Origin: an uncultured Gemmatimonadota bacterium
GTDB lineage: Bacteria; ARS69
DNA: 64,000 bases
Reading direction: 5' to 3'
Assembly (NCBI GenBank): GCA_964471155.1
Contig: CAYYFX010000007.1
Location: forward strand, 1,346 to 65,345
Shown one piece after another: positions 19,260 to 29,313 of this stretch (its first letter is position 1; the number at the start of each line of letters is the position of its first letter). The position numbers and the translations under genes are program-made. The notes below the pieces were generated by a model. It was not told where the DNA came from, made no database searches, and worked only from the letters and a program-made list of their open reading frames with translations.

Positions 19260-19984
19260 ATCCGTCCCTTGAGATGGATGTCGCGCCACATCGTGACGAT
19301 CTCGCCCAGCGTGGAGATGATGTGGCTGGGCCGCACGGTGGACTGGCCGGCCGTGCGCGGGTAGTGCCGCACCCCGATCTCCGTCATCTTCAGGTCCAGC
19401 TTCGCCGCCTTCGCCAGGATCTCCGTGTCCACGAAGAACTTCCTCGACTCGATGTGGATGCGATCGAAGATCTCCCGCCGGAACAGCTTGAACGCGCAGT
19501 CCACGTCCCGGACGCGGATGCGGAAGATGACGCGCACCAGCAGGTTGTAGCCCCAGGAGAGCACGAGGCGCGTGAACGGGTCGAACCGGTAGATGCGGAA
19601 GCCGCAGACCAGGTCGTAGTCCTCGATCGCGGGGAGGAAGTTCTTCAGCTCGCGCACGTCGAACTGGTTGTCGGCGTCCGTGTAGAAGACCAGCGGCAGC
19701 ACCGTGGACGTGAACCCCGTGCGCAGCGCCTTCGCATAGCCCTGGTTCACCTCGTGCACGAGCAGCTTCAGCTTCGGGTAGCGCGGCTTCAGTCCCTCCA
19801 CGACGGCACGCGTGCCGTCGCGGCTGCCGTCGTCGACCACCAGGATCTCCCAGTCGTCGAACTGCAGGTCGCGGCACACGGAGTCCACCGACTCCACCTG
19901 CCGCGCGATGTTCTCTTCCTCGTTGTACGCGGGCAGAACGATCGCGATGGAGCGACCGATCCCCGCCGCCGGCTTCTCAGCCAA
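19256..19984 (-). CDS. GT2 polyprenyl-phosphate sugar synthase (dolichol-phosphate-mannose synthase / ArnC / GtrB-like)
   Basis: SIAIVLPAYNEEENI...ILVVDDGSRDGT...LVHEVNQGYAKALRTGF...YTDADNQFD carries the DXD and Q/ED motifs of GT-A family 2 polyprenol-P glycosyltransferases. 242 aa. Confidence 0.85.
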   Translation of the reverse strand: MAEKPAAGIGRSIAIVLPAYNEEENIARQVESVDSVCRDLQFDDWEILVVDDGSRDGTRAVVEGLKPRYPKLKLLVHEVNQGYAKALRTGFTSTVLPLVFYTDADNQFDVRELKNFLPAIEDYDLVCGFRIYRFDPFTRLVLSWGYNLLVRVIFRIRVRDVDCAFKLFRREIFDRIHIESRKFFVDTEILAKAAKLDLKMTEIGVRHYPRTAGQSTVRPSHIISTLGEIVTMWRDIHLKGRI

Positions 19985-21644
19985 GGTACCCGATCCCCTT
20001 CAGGCGCTCGCGGATCTCGCGCGCCGCTTCGTCGGTCAGTCCGCGTCCGTCCCCGGCGGCGCCGGCCCCGGCCGGGGGCGCGGTGCGCACGGGCCGCGCC
20101 GCGCGCTCGGCGTCCGTGAACGCCTCCTCGAGCACGCGGCCGTCGAAGTCCGAGGGGACCCCGAGACCCAGATGGTGCAGGATCGTGGGCGCCACGTCGA
20201 TGAGCTTCGCGCCCGCGAGCGCCGTCCCGGCGCGCACCCCCTCGCCCCGGAGGAAGAGGATGCCGTCCATCCGGTGGTCGCCGGAGTTGCCGTAGGCGCG
20301 CTCGACGAACCGGTGCGACGTGAAGTCCACCGTGCCCAGCGCCTTGTGCCGCATGTCCCGGGGCAGGAAGGTCAGCTCCGGCGCGCGGTCGAGGTACGGG
20401 CCCTCGTACAGGTCCTCCTTGCGCCAGATCTCCCCGATCAGCGGGCCCTCGCCGTCCGGGTCCGGGATGGCGCGGAGCGCCGCCTCGATCTCCGCGAGGA
20501 CGGCGGGAGCCTCCGCCGGCTCCACGATCCCTTCGGGCTCCCGGCCCTTCAGGTTCAGGAAGATCTGCCCGTAGTTCCCCTTCGAGTACGCCCTGGTCCG
20601 CGACCAGTCCACGTCGTGCAGCGAGAGGAAGAGGCGGTTGATCCGTTCGATGAGCCGCTTGCGCGTGCCCACGCCCGCGGCCAGCCGCATCCGCGCGAAC
20701 CCGGCCTTCATCGCGAGCCGGTAGCCCGCGGCCGGGGACAGCCCCAGCTCGAACAACGACCGCCGCACGAGCGTGGCCGCGCGCGGCTTCAGCTTCAGGA
20801 AGCCGGCGCGCAGGAGCCACACGTTGAACACGAGGAAGTTGTGGATGGGCCCGAAGCCGTGGTCCGAGAGGACGCAGACCGTGGCGTCGCCCGCCGCCTG
20901 CATCCACTCGCCGCACACCGCGTCCACGCGCCGCCAGTACGCCAGGCAGCGGTCGCGCAGGATCACCGCCTCGGCGGGATCGTGCATGGGGTGGCGCTCG
21001 TCCAGCACGTGCCAGAGCTCGTGCCCGAAGCGGTCCGTGCCCCAGACGTGCAGCATCGCGAAATCCCACGGCTTGTTGCGCAGCAGCCACAGGTTCGCGA
21101 CGCGGTTCTTCTCCAGCACGCGGTCCAGCTCGTCCACCACCAGGTGCGCGCGCCCCTTGCGGTACACCTCCACGTGGTACAGCTCGTACGGGCCGGTGGC
21201 GGCCTCCACCTCCGCCAGCAGCTCCGGCGGGTACGTGAAATCGCGCGAGCCCATCGGGGTCAGGAAGTCGCCGACCATGGCCCCGTTCACCGGGATCGGC
21301 GGGTACGTCACCGGCACGTTGACCACGAGCACCTTGCGGCCGGCCTCGCCCAGGATCTCCCACAGCGTCTTCCCGGCCCGGGCGCGCGCGCTCACCGGCA
21401 CCTCCTGGAAGCCGCCGGGCTCCCGCAGGAAGAACTCGAAGACGCCGTGCTTGCCGGGGTTCTTGCCGGTCATGAACGAGCACCACGCCGGCGCCGTCAC
21501 CGGCGGCACGATCGAACGCAGCGGCCCGCACGCGCCCTCCGCGCGCAGGCGCGCCAGGTTCGGCATGGAGCCGTCGTCCAGCCAGGGGCCGATGAGGTCG
21601 AAGGTGGTGCCGTCGAGCGCGAGGACGAGAACGCGCCGGGACAT
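19977..21644 (-). CDS. Alkaline-phosphatase-superfamily protein, ENPP / type-I phosphodiesterase type (PF01663-like), second paralog
   Basis: MSRRVLVLALDGTTFDLIGPWL..., VCVLSDHGFGPIHN, C-terminal ...LKGIGYLG. The ATG overlaps the upstream stop (ATGA). No obvious signal peptide. Confidence 0.75.
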   Translation of the reverse strand: MSRRVLVLALDGTTFDLIGPWLDDGSMPNLARLRAEGACGPLRSIVPPVTAPAWCSFMTGKNPGKHGVFEFFLREPGGFQEVPVSARARAGKTLWEILGEAGRKVLVVNVPVTYPPIPVNGAMVGDFLTPMGSRDFTYPPELLAEVEAATGPYELYHVEVYRKGRAHLVVDELDRVLEKNRVANLWLLRNKPWDFAMLHVWGTDRFGHELWHVLDERHPMHDPAEAVILRDRCLAYWRRVDAVCGEWMQAAGDATVCVLSDHGFGPIHNFLVFNVWLLRAGFLKLKPRAATLVRRSLFELGLSPAAGYRLAMKAGFARMRLAAGVGTRKRLIERINRLFLSLHDVDWSRTRAYSKGNYGQIFLNLKGREPEGIVEPAEAPAVLAEIEAALRAIPDPDGEGPLIGEIWRKEDLYEGPYLDRAPELTFLPRDMRHKALGTVDFTSHRFVERAYGNSGDHRMDGILFLRGEGVRAGTALAGAKLIDVAPTILHHLGLGVPSDFDGRVLEEAFTDAERAARPVRTAPPAGAGAAGDGRGLTDEAAREIRERLKGIGYLG

Positions 21645-23122
21645 CACTCGAGGGACAAGTACACGGGGCTGGACCACGCCATGTCGCCGCGCTCGTCCAC
21701 ACCCCGCAGGTACACCCACGTGGGACCGGTCACCGGCGCCGTCTTCGCGGAGAGCTCCACCACGTCGGCCGACGCCGGATCGGGGGTGAGCACGGCGAGC
21801 GTTCCCCCGGGCGCCACGATCTCCACGCGCGCCCAGTTCGTGGCGGCGCCGAGCGAGCCGTACACCTCGGCCACGTGCCCCGCCGGCACGCGCAGCCGCG
21901 AGCCCATCTGCTTCCCGTCCACCGTGAACTCCAGCAGGAAGCGCGGCCCGGTCGTGGCGTAGCAGCGGCGCTCGCGCAGCGCGTCCAGCACGGCCGCGCG
22001 CGTGAGCTCCTTCGCGAGCACGGCGGTCAGGCCGCCCGGGTACTTGTGCGCCTCGAACGCGAAGGGGCGAGGGTTGCCCGGCGTGGAGAAGCGCGTGTCG
22101 CTGGTCGCGATGAATCCCGGGCGGAAGCCCTTCCCGAGCAGGTCCGCCACGAACGCCCCGGCGGTCTCGCGCGCGGACGGGCGGTGCGAGCCGGCGCGCT
22201 CGAAGATGCCCAGCTCGGACGAGATCTCCACGAGATCCGCGCTCGCGTCGGCCACGCCGGCCGGGTCCACCGGCGGGTCGTCCGTGGACCCCGCGGGATG
22301 CGGGACCGCGATCACGGTCCCGGCCGGGACCGCCGCGCGCAGCTTCGCGGGCGTGTCGGCGCCCGAGGCCGGCGTGGGCAGCGACCCCGGCGGCTCGGGG
22401 AAGTACACGAGCCGGTTGCCGTACGCGGTCGACGTCCACTCGAAGCCGAGGAGCGGCACGAAGCGGCCGGCCTCGTCGAACTCCTTCGTGACCTCGGCGA
22501 TGTCGCGGAACGTGGCGTCGTCCAGCTTCCTGTCCGGCAGCGCGTCGTTGTCCGTCATCGCCGCGAAGTCGAGCAGCGCGACCGCCTTCGCGTACCACCA
22601 GTACACCGCCGGCGCGAACCGCCCGGAGCTGAGATCCGTGTGGCCGTTCAGGTCGCCCCAGTACACGTTCCACTCCGGTGCGGAGTCCGTCACGACCACC
22701 GGGTTCGCCAGCGCCGTGACCGTGTCCCCGGGCACGGAGCCGCGCACGAGCTGCACGCCGGGATCCATGAGACGCAGGCCCTCGCCGAGGAGGTCGCCCT
22801 GCGGTTGCGGTGCGAACTGGAGCCCGCCGGTCGGGAACTCCGCGCGCCCCTTCGTTTCCAGGCGCACGCCGCCCTCGAAGTCGTAATCCGGGAGGCCGGC
22901 CTGCGTCACCATACGCATCCGGACGGGGAAGTCCTCGCCGGCCCGGATCACGGAGGGCAGCACCAGATTCAGGTACGTTCCCAACTCCGCCGGGGAGACG
23001 TCGTCGCCGGTCTCCGGCTTCGCGCCGGACGATCCCTCGCCCCCGCCGCCGCCGCAGCCGGCGGATCCCGCGATCCCAAGCGCCAGCGCCCACGCCGTCC
23101 ACGTCCGCGAACCGAACCGCAT
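21644..23122 (-). CDS. DUF3604-like lipoprotein (putative PHP-like metal-dependent hydrolase)
   Basis: Start MRFGSRTWTAWALALGIAGSAGCGGGG (lipoprotein), preceded by GGAGG. NVYWGDLNGHTDLSSG resembles the Y.GD.H.HT signature that opens DUF3604 proteins. Confidence 0.55.
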   Translation of the reverse strand: MRFGSRTWTAWALALGIAGSAGCGGGGGEGSSGAKPETGDDVSPAELGTYLNLVLPSVIRAGEDFPVRMRMVTQAGLPDYDFEGGVRLETKGRAEFPTGGLQFAPQPQGDLLGEGLRLMDPGVQLVRGSVPGDTVTALANPVVVTDSAPEWNVYWGDLNGHTDLSSGRFAPAVYWWYAKAVALLDFAAMTDNDALPDRKLDDATFRDIAEVTKEFDEAGRFVPLLGFEWTSTAYGNRLVYFPEPPGSLPTPASGADTPAKLRAAVPAGTVIAVPHPAGSTDDPPVDPAGVADASADLVEISSELGIFERAGSHRPSARETAGAFVADLLGKGFRPGFIATSDTRFSTPGNPRPFAFEAHKYPGGLTAVLAKELTRAAVLDALRERRCYATTGPRFLLEFTVDGKQMGSRLRVPAGHVAEVYGSLGAATNWARVEIVAPGGTLAVLTPDPASADVVELSAKTAPVTGPTWVYLRGVDERGDMAWSSPVYLSLE

Positions 23123-23157
23123 TGCGAGCCTCCGTGCGATCCGCGGGTCGCCCCGCG

Positions 23158-24546
23158 TCACTTCAGGTACCCGAGGGACTTCAGCCGTCCCATGATCTCG
23201 TCGTCCACCGGCGAGGCGACGGGGGCCGCTTCGCGCTGCCGTTCGGTCGAGGGCTCCCACGACGGGATGGTCTCGACCGCATGGCGCGACCGGAACTCCG
23301 CCGTGAACAGGTCCAGGGCGGGCTCCCCGTCGAAGTCATCGGCAACCGGCAGCCCGAGAGAATAGAGGACGGTGGGGGCAACGTCGACCACCGAACCCGG
23401 AGGCAGGTGCGCCCCCTCCGCGAAGCCGGGTCCGTTCACCAGCATCAACCCCTCCGGCCGGTGCCATCCCGAGCTGGGCCGGCCGGGCATGCGGTTCTCG
23501 CGGAACCCGTGGTCCGAGAGAACGAGCAGTCGCACGGAGTCCGGCTCCGCCGCCAGCACGCGCCCCAGCACGCCGTCCACGCTGGCGTAGGCGCTCTCCA
23601 CCGCCTGCCCGTACGCGGCCACCTCGGCCGGATCCACCGCCCCGAACCGGTGGGTGGACGGCTCCCCGTACTTCCAGAAGCGATGGCTCACCACGTCCAC
23701 GGACGCGAAGTACACGAGGTCCAGCACCGGGCGCTCGCCGTCCGGCGGGTTGCGCGACAGCTCCAGGTACGCCGCCTCGTACGTGCGGTCCGACGCCCAG
23801 GACCAGCGCATCCCCTCGAGGGACTTGGCCGCGTCCTCGGTCGGGGTCTCCGGGAGCGGCGCGTGCGTGAACCGCGCCTCCACCTCCGCGGCGGTCACGC
23901 TGTCCGGCGCCACCTTCAGCCGCTCCAGCACCGGCTGCAGCTCCGCCGGCCACACCTGGTGCGGGACGCCGGGGAGCAGCGTGCCCTTGATGGGCCGGTT
24001 CGCCGGGTCCGGCCCCCACGTGAAGATGAACGGCGTGTAGGACGACACCATCCAGCCCTTCACGGGCTCCGCCGGCCACGTGACGAGCCATCCCACCACG
24101 CCGACCCGGAGATCGCGCGCGGTGAGCATGTTCCAGAGCGCCGCGGTCCGTCGCTGGTTCGACGTGACCGGCTGCAGTCTCCCGTCCGGCCCCGGCCCCA
24201 CGAAGTTCAGCACGCCGTGCCGCTCCGGCAGCACGCCCGTGGCGGCGGAGGTCCAGATCGAAGGGGACAGGCGTTCCACGCCGTTCGCGTCCGGCGGCAG
24301 GGAGTCCAGCGTGCGGCGCGCGCCGTCGCGCATCAGCCGCGCGAGCACGGGCATCTTGCCGCAGCGCACGAGGGGAAGGGCGCGGTCCCAGTCCGCGCCG
24401 TCGATGCCGAAGACGAGCGTGCGCGGCGGCCCGGATGCGGGGGGCCGGGGCGCGCAGCTCCCGCCCGCGAGCAGCACGCCCGCGGCCATGCACGCGGCGA
24501 TCGCGCGCCACCGACCCCGGCGGAGTCGCGCGGCGCCGCGGGTCAC
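23158..24546 (-). CDS. Alkaline-phosphatase-superfamily lipoprotein, ENPP / type-I phosphodiesterase type, third paralog. GTG start overlapping the glyS stop (GTGA).
   Basis: Signal-like N-terminus (RLRRGRWRAIAACMAAGVLLAGGSC). TLVFGIDGADWD, LLVLSDHGFRENR, C-terminal ...LKSLGYLK. The downstream part of the track ORF (beyond 24546) is a shadow of glyS. Confidence 0.7.
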   Translation of the reverse strand: MTRGAARLRRGRWRAIAACMAAGVLLAGGSCAPRPPASGPPRTLVFGIDGADWDRALPLVRCGKMPVLARLMRDGARRTLDSLPPDANGVERLSPSIWTSAATGVLPERHGVLNFVGPGPDGRLQPVTSNQRRTAALWNMLTARDLRVGVVGWLVTWPAEPVKGWMVSSYTPFIFTWGPDPANRPIKGTLLPGVPHQVWPAELQPVLERLKVAPDSVTAAEVEARFTHAPLPETPTEDAAKSLEGMRWSWASDRTYEAAYLELSRNPPDGERPVLDLVYFASVDVVSHRFWKYGEPSTHRFGAVDPAEVAAYGQAVESAYASVDGVLGRVLAAEPDSVRLLVLSDHGFRENRMPGRPSSGWHRPEGLMLVNGPGFAEGAHLPPGSVVDVAPTVLYSLGLPVADDFDGEPALDLFTAEFRSRHAVETIPSWEPSTERQREAAPVASPVDDEIMGRLKSLGYLK

Positions 24547-26645
24547 GCCACCTGCTCCCCGGGAGCCGCGATGCGCGAGAGGTCCGCGACATCGCCGATG
24601 CGGTCCACGATCCGGCCGAGCAGGCGCAGGCGGTTCGTGCGCACCGCCTCGTCCTCCGCCATCACCAGGACGCCGTCGAAGAACGCGTCGATGGGCGCGC
24701 GCAGCGTGGCCAGGTCCGCCAGCGCCTCGCGGTACCGGTGCGACGCCTCGGCCTCCGCCACGCGCCGGTCCACCGCCACGAACGCCTCCAGCAGCGCGCG
24801 CTCCGCCGGCTCCTTCGCCAGCTCCGCCGACGGCGCGCCCCCGGCGGAGGCCTTCTTCAGGATGTTCTTCGCGCGCTTGAAGCCCGCGGCCAGCGCCTCG
24901 AAGTCGTCCCGCTTCGCCGAGCGCAGCCACGCCAGCGCCTCGCACCGCGCGTGCGCGTCCACGGGGTGCGCGCCGGCCGCGCCCACCACGGCGGCCACGA
25001 CGTCCGCGTCGAAGCCGCCCTCGTCCGCGAGGTGCCCGGCGAGGCGGTCGCGCACGAAGGCCGCCGACTCCGCCACGAGCGCCTCCGCGTCCGCCAGCCT
25101 CGCGCCGTAGCCCGCGGCCGCCGTCCGCAGGAGGTCCTCCACCGCGAGCGGCATCCCGCGATCCAGCAGGATGCGGATCACGCCGAGCGCGCCCCGGCGC
25201 AGGCCGAACGGGTCCTTCGACCCCGTGGGCTTCATCCCGGCGGCCCACACGCCCACGAGCGTGTCCACGCGGTCCGCGACGGCCAGGTACGCGCCGGCCG
25301 CCGTGCGCGGCAGCGCATCCCCCGCGAAGCGCGGGCGGTACTGCTCCTCCAGCGCCGCGGCGACCGCGTCGTCCTCGCCGTTGCGCCGCGCGTACTCGCG
25401 GCCCATCACGCCCTGCAGCATGGCGAACTGCTTCCCGTCCTTGATCATCTCCGTGACGAGATCCGCCTTCGCCAGCGCGGCGGCGCGCGCCGTCACGCGC
25501 TGCACGTCGGCCGCGTCGTTCCGCGCCAGATCCGCCGCGAGCGCCTCGATCCGGCGCGTCTTGTCCAGGAGCGAACCGTACCCCTCCAGCCACACGACGT
25601 TCCCGAGCCGCGGCGCCTTCTGCTCCAGCGTGGTCTTCAGGTCCTCGTTCCAGTAGAAGCGCGCGTCGTCCAGCCGCGCGCGCAGCACGCGCCGGTTGCC
25701 GTTGCGCACGGCGTCCACCGCGTCCGGCGACGAGTTCGCCACGCACAGGAAGCGCGGCAGGAGCGCGCCGTCGCCGTCCGTCAGCGCGAAGTACCGCTGG
25801 TGCTCGCGCATCGCCGTGGTGATGACCGGGGCGGGCAGCTCCAGGAACTCGGCATCGAAGCCCGCGTGGAACACCGACGGCGTCTCCACGAGGTACGACA
25901 CCTCCTCCACCAGCTCCGGATCCGGCACGAGCGTCCCGCCGGCGTCCCTCGCCGCATCCTGGAGCATGCGCTCGATGGCGGCCGCGCGGTCCGCCGCGCG
26001 CAGCAGGATCCTCCCCGCGGCGAGCGCGCGGTCGTAGTCCGCCGCGCTCGCCACCTCGAACGGCCCCTTCGCGAGGATGCGATGCCCCCAGGTGACGCGG
26101 CCCGTGGCCACGCCCTCGATCGCGAAGGGGATCACCTCGTCCCCGAACAGCGCGAGCAGCCAGCGGATGGGCCGCGCGAAGCGCACGCGCTCCGGGCCCC
26201 AGCGCATCGTCTTCGGGAAGTTCAGCGCGGTCGTCATGGCGGGAAGCGCACCGGCGAGCAGTTCCACGGTGGGCCGCCCCGTCACCTTCACGGTGGCGCC
26301 CACGTACGGGCCGCGTTCGGTGTCCACCTGCCGCAGGTCGGACACGGTCAGCCCGCGTCCCCTCGCGAACCCCTCCGCCGCCTTCGTGGGCGTGCCGTCG
26401 GGCGCGAACGCGGCCTTCCACGGCGGGCCGAGTACGTCCTCGGTGCGATCCGCCTGCCGCTCCTCGATCCCGGTGACCCGCAGGACGAGCCGCCGCGGCG
26501 TGGCGTGCGTCTCGATGGACGCCGGCGAGAGCGCGGCGCCCGCGAGGAACGCGCGCGCCGCCTCCTCGAGCTGCCGCGCGGCCGGCGGCAGGTACGACGC
26601 GGGGATCTCCTCCGTGCCGATCTCGTAGACCAGGTCGCGCTTCAC
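24543..26645 (-). CDS. glyS: Glycine--tRNA ligase beta subunit
   Basis: 700-aa product with an N-terminus ...VKRDLVYEIGTEEIPASYL... that reads like canonical GlyS, and an anticodon-binding C-terminus. Lies immediately downstream of glyQ. GTG start chosen (GTGA overlap with the small acetyltransferase-like gene) instead of the ATG at 26684, which would overlap that gene by 43 nt. Confidence 0.9.
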   Translation of the reverse strand: MKRDLVYEIGTEEIPASYLPPAARQLEEAARAFLAGAALSPASIETHATPRRLVLRVTGIEERQADRTEDVLGPPWKAAFAPDGTPTKAAEGFARGRGLTVSDLRQVDTERGPYVGATVKVTGRPTVELLAGALPAMTTALNFPKTMRWGPERVRFARPIRWLLALFGDEVIPFAIEGVATGRVTWGHRILAKGPFEVASAADYDRALAAGRILLRAADRAAAIERMLQDAARDAGGTLVPDPELVEEVSYLVETPSVFHAGFDAEFLELPAPVITTAMREHQRYFALTDGDGALLPRFLCVANSSPDAVDAVRNGNRRVLRARLDDARFYWNEDLKTTLEQKAPRLGNVVWLEGYGSLLDKTRRIEALAADLARNDAADVQRVTARAAALAKADLVTEMIKDGKQFAMLQGVMGREYARRNGEDDAVAAALEEQYRPRFAGDALPRTAAGAYLAVADRVDTLVGVWAAGMKPTGSKDPFGLRRGALGVIRILLDRGMPLAVEDLLRTAAAGYGARLADAEALVAESAAFVRDRLAGHLADEGGFDADVVAAVVGAAGAHPVDAHARCEALAWLRSAKRDDFEALAAGFKRAKNILKKASAGGAPSAELAKEPAERALLEAFVAVDRRVAEAEASHRYREALADLATLRAPIDAFFDGVLVMAEDEAVRTNRLRLLGRIVDRIGDVADLSRIAAPGEQVA

Positions 26646-26905
26646 TTCCGCTCCTTCGCCAGGTGCTCCCGCACGTACCAGCACGACGCGGTGACGGTCC
26701 GCTTCCCCGCGCGCGCCCAGGCGAGCGCCGCGTCCACGACGACCGCCGCGAGCCCGCGCCCGCGCAGGGCGGGGGGCGTGTACGTGTGGTTGAAGTCGAC
26801 CGAGCCGTCCGCGCCGAGCGCGTAGTCCGCCACGACCTCCTGCCCGTCCACGGTCAGCACGAAGCGGCTCCCCGCCTCGTCATGCACGACGTCCGCGGCA
26901 CGCAC
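26642..26905 (-). CDS. Small GNAT-like acetyltransferase-fold protein (PF14542-like, ~87 aa)
   Basis: FVLTVDGQEVVADYALGADGSVDFNHTYTPPALRGRGLAAVVVDAALAWARAGKRTVTASCWYV fits the short 'GNAT-like, CG-type' family pattern (...HT.V....RG.G.A..L...AL..AR..G.K..P.C.Y...). Wedged between glyQ and glyS. Confidence 0.55.
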   Translation of the reverse strand: MRAADVVHDEAGSRFVLTVDGQEVVADYALGADGSVDFNHTYTPPALRGRGLAAVVVDAALAWARAGKRTVTASCWYVREHLAKERK

Positions 26906-26906
26906 G

Positions 26907-27827
<921 letters not shown>

Positions 27828-28102
27828 GGGTGGTCGTCTCCCGGGTCCGGCACGGAGATCGGGACGAGGAACCCGGGAGTATAGCCGAAGGACGAGAGAC
27901 GCTCCATCAGCCCCGGTGGCAGCGCGCCGGATGCCCGGCGAGGACAAGCACCCAGCCGGCCGCGGCCCGCGAGCAGCCCCGCCGCGACCGCGCCACGCCG
28001 CCGGAGCTCGCGAGGCGATGCGCGCAAGCCCGCCGGTCCTTGCCGATGGCCGCTCCTTCGTCGAGACTCGGGAGTCGCGTCACCCCGGAGAGAGGAGCAC
28101 TG

Positions 28103-29164
28103 ATGACCCGCGAACCCGCTCGAGCGTCCGCAACCTCCGCCGCTCCGTCGGCCCGGGAGCTCGGCGGGTTGATCCTCCGCGGGGCGTTCGGGGGAGCGCT
28201 CATGGGACTGGCCAACCTGGTTCCCGGCATCAGCGGGGGAACGATGCTCCTCGCGGCCGGCATCTACCCGCGCTTCATCGGGGCCATCGCCGAGATCACG
28301 ACCCTTCGCCCGCGGCCGACCTCGCTCGCCGTGCTCGGCAGCGTGGGCGCCGCCGCCGGGCTGGCCATCCTGCTGCTCGCGGGCACCGTGAAGACGCTCG
28401 TGGTCGACCATCGCTGGGTCATGTACAGCCTGTTCATCGGCCTCACGCTGGGGGGCCTGCCCATCGTCTGGCGCCTGGCGCGGCCCGCCCGCCCCGCGCT
28501 CTGGGTCGCGGCACTGGCGGGTTTCGTGGGCATGGCCGCGCTGGCGCTCGCCCAGGCCCACGGCGCGGAGGCACGCGAGGGCTCCGGCGGCTTCGCCGCG
28601 CTGTTCGTGGCGGGGCTCGCCGGGGCAAGCGCGATGATCCTCCCCGGCGTGAGCGGCGGGTATCTCCTCCTCGTGCTGGGGCAGTACGTGCCCATCCTCG
28701 CGGCCGTGGATCGGTTCAAGCAGGCGCTGGGACATGGCGATCCGCGGCTCGCGCTCGATCCCGCGCAGCACGTCCTGCTGCCGGTCGGTCTCGGGGTGAT
28801 CGCCGGGATCGTCGCCGTGAGCCACCTGCTGCGCTGGCTGCTGTCGCGCTTCGAGAAGGCGACCCTGGGGTTCCTGATCGGGCTGCTGGCGGGAGCCGTC
28901 GTGGGACTCTGGCCGTTCCAACGGACCGTGCCGCCGGTGATCGGGGAAACGATCCTCGGGGGGCAGCGCGTCACGGCCGAAATCCTGGCCGGCCTCGAGC
29001 CCGAGGACTACCCCACCGCTCACTTCTCGCCCGGAGTACCCCAGGTGCTGGGAGCGATCGGGCTGATCGCCCTGGGCATCGCGATCACCTCGACGGTCGC
29101 GCGCATCGGCCGGAGCCCCGAGGGACGCACGGGCCGGAAGGGGAGCGCGGGCGGTCCTGCCTGA
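28103..29164 (+). CDS. DUF368-family polytopic membrane protein
   Basis: The duplicated signature P-G-(I/V)-S-x-x-G (LVPGISGGTMLLAAGIY and ILPGVSGGYLLLVLGQY) and ~8 TM helices are characteristic of DUF368 (PF04018). ATG at 28103 is preceded by GGAGAGAGGAG. Confidence 0.75.
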   Translation: MTREPARASATSAAPSARELGGLILRGAFGGALMGLANLVPGISGGTMLLAAGIYPRFIGAIAEITTLRPRPTSLAVLGSVGAAAGLAILLLAGTVKTLVVDHRWVMYSLFIGLTLGGLPIVWRLARPARPALWVAALAGFVGMAALALAQAHGAEAREGSGGFAALFVAGLAGASAMILPGVSGGYLLLVLGQYVPILAAVDRFKQALGHGDPRLALDPAQHVLLPVGLGVIAGIVAVSHLLRWLLSRFEKATLGFLIGLLAGAVVGLWPFQRTVPPVIGETILGGQRVTAEILAGLEPEDYPTAHFSPGVPQVLGAIGLIALGIAITSTVARIGRSPEGRTGRKGSAGGPA

Positions 29165-29249
29165 ACAGTTGTGGTTCGGTGACGCCGCTCGACGCCACGC
29201 AAGACGGGATCGACGCCGCCACCGCGCCGACGAGCGCCGACGCACGTCC

Positions 29250-29279
29250 TTGAACCCGTGCACGGTCCCGCCGTATGCT
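29250..29279 (+). promoter_or_regulatory. Candidate sigma70-type promoter for the LVIVD-repeat gene (-35 TTGAAC, 18-nt spacer, -10 TATGCT)
   Basis: Lies about 35 nt upstream of the GTG at 29314, which itself follows GGAGG with a 5-nt spacer. Confidence 0.3.
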
Positions 29280-29313
29280 GGAGTCTCGCTCGCCCGCGTG
29301 AACGGAGGTTGCA

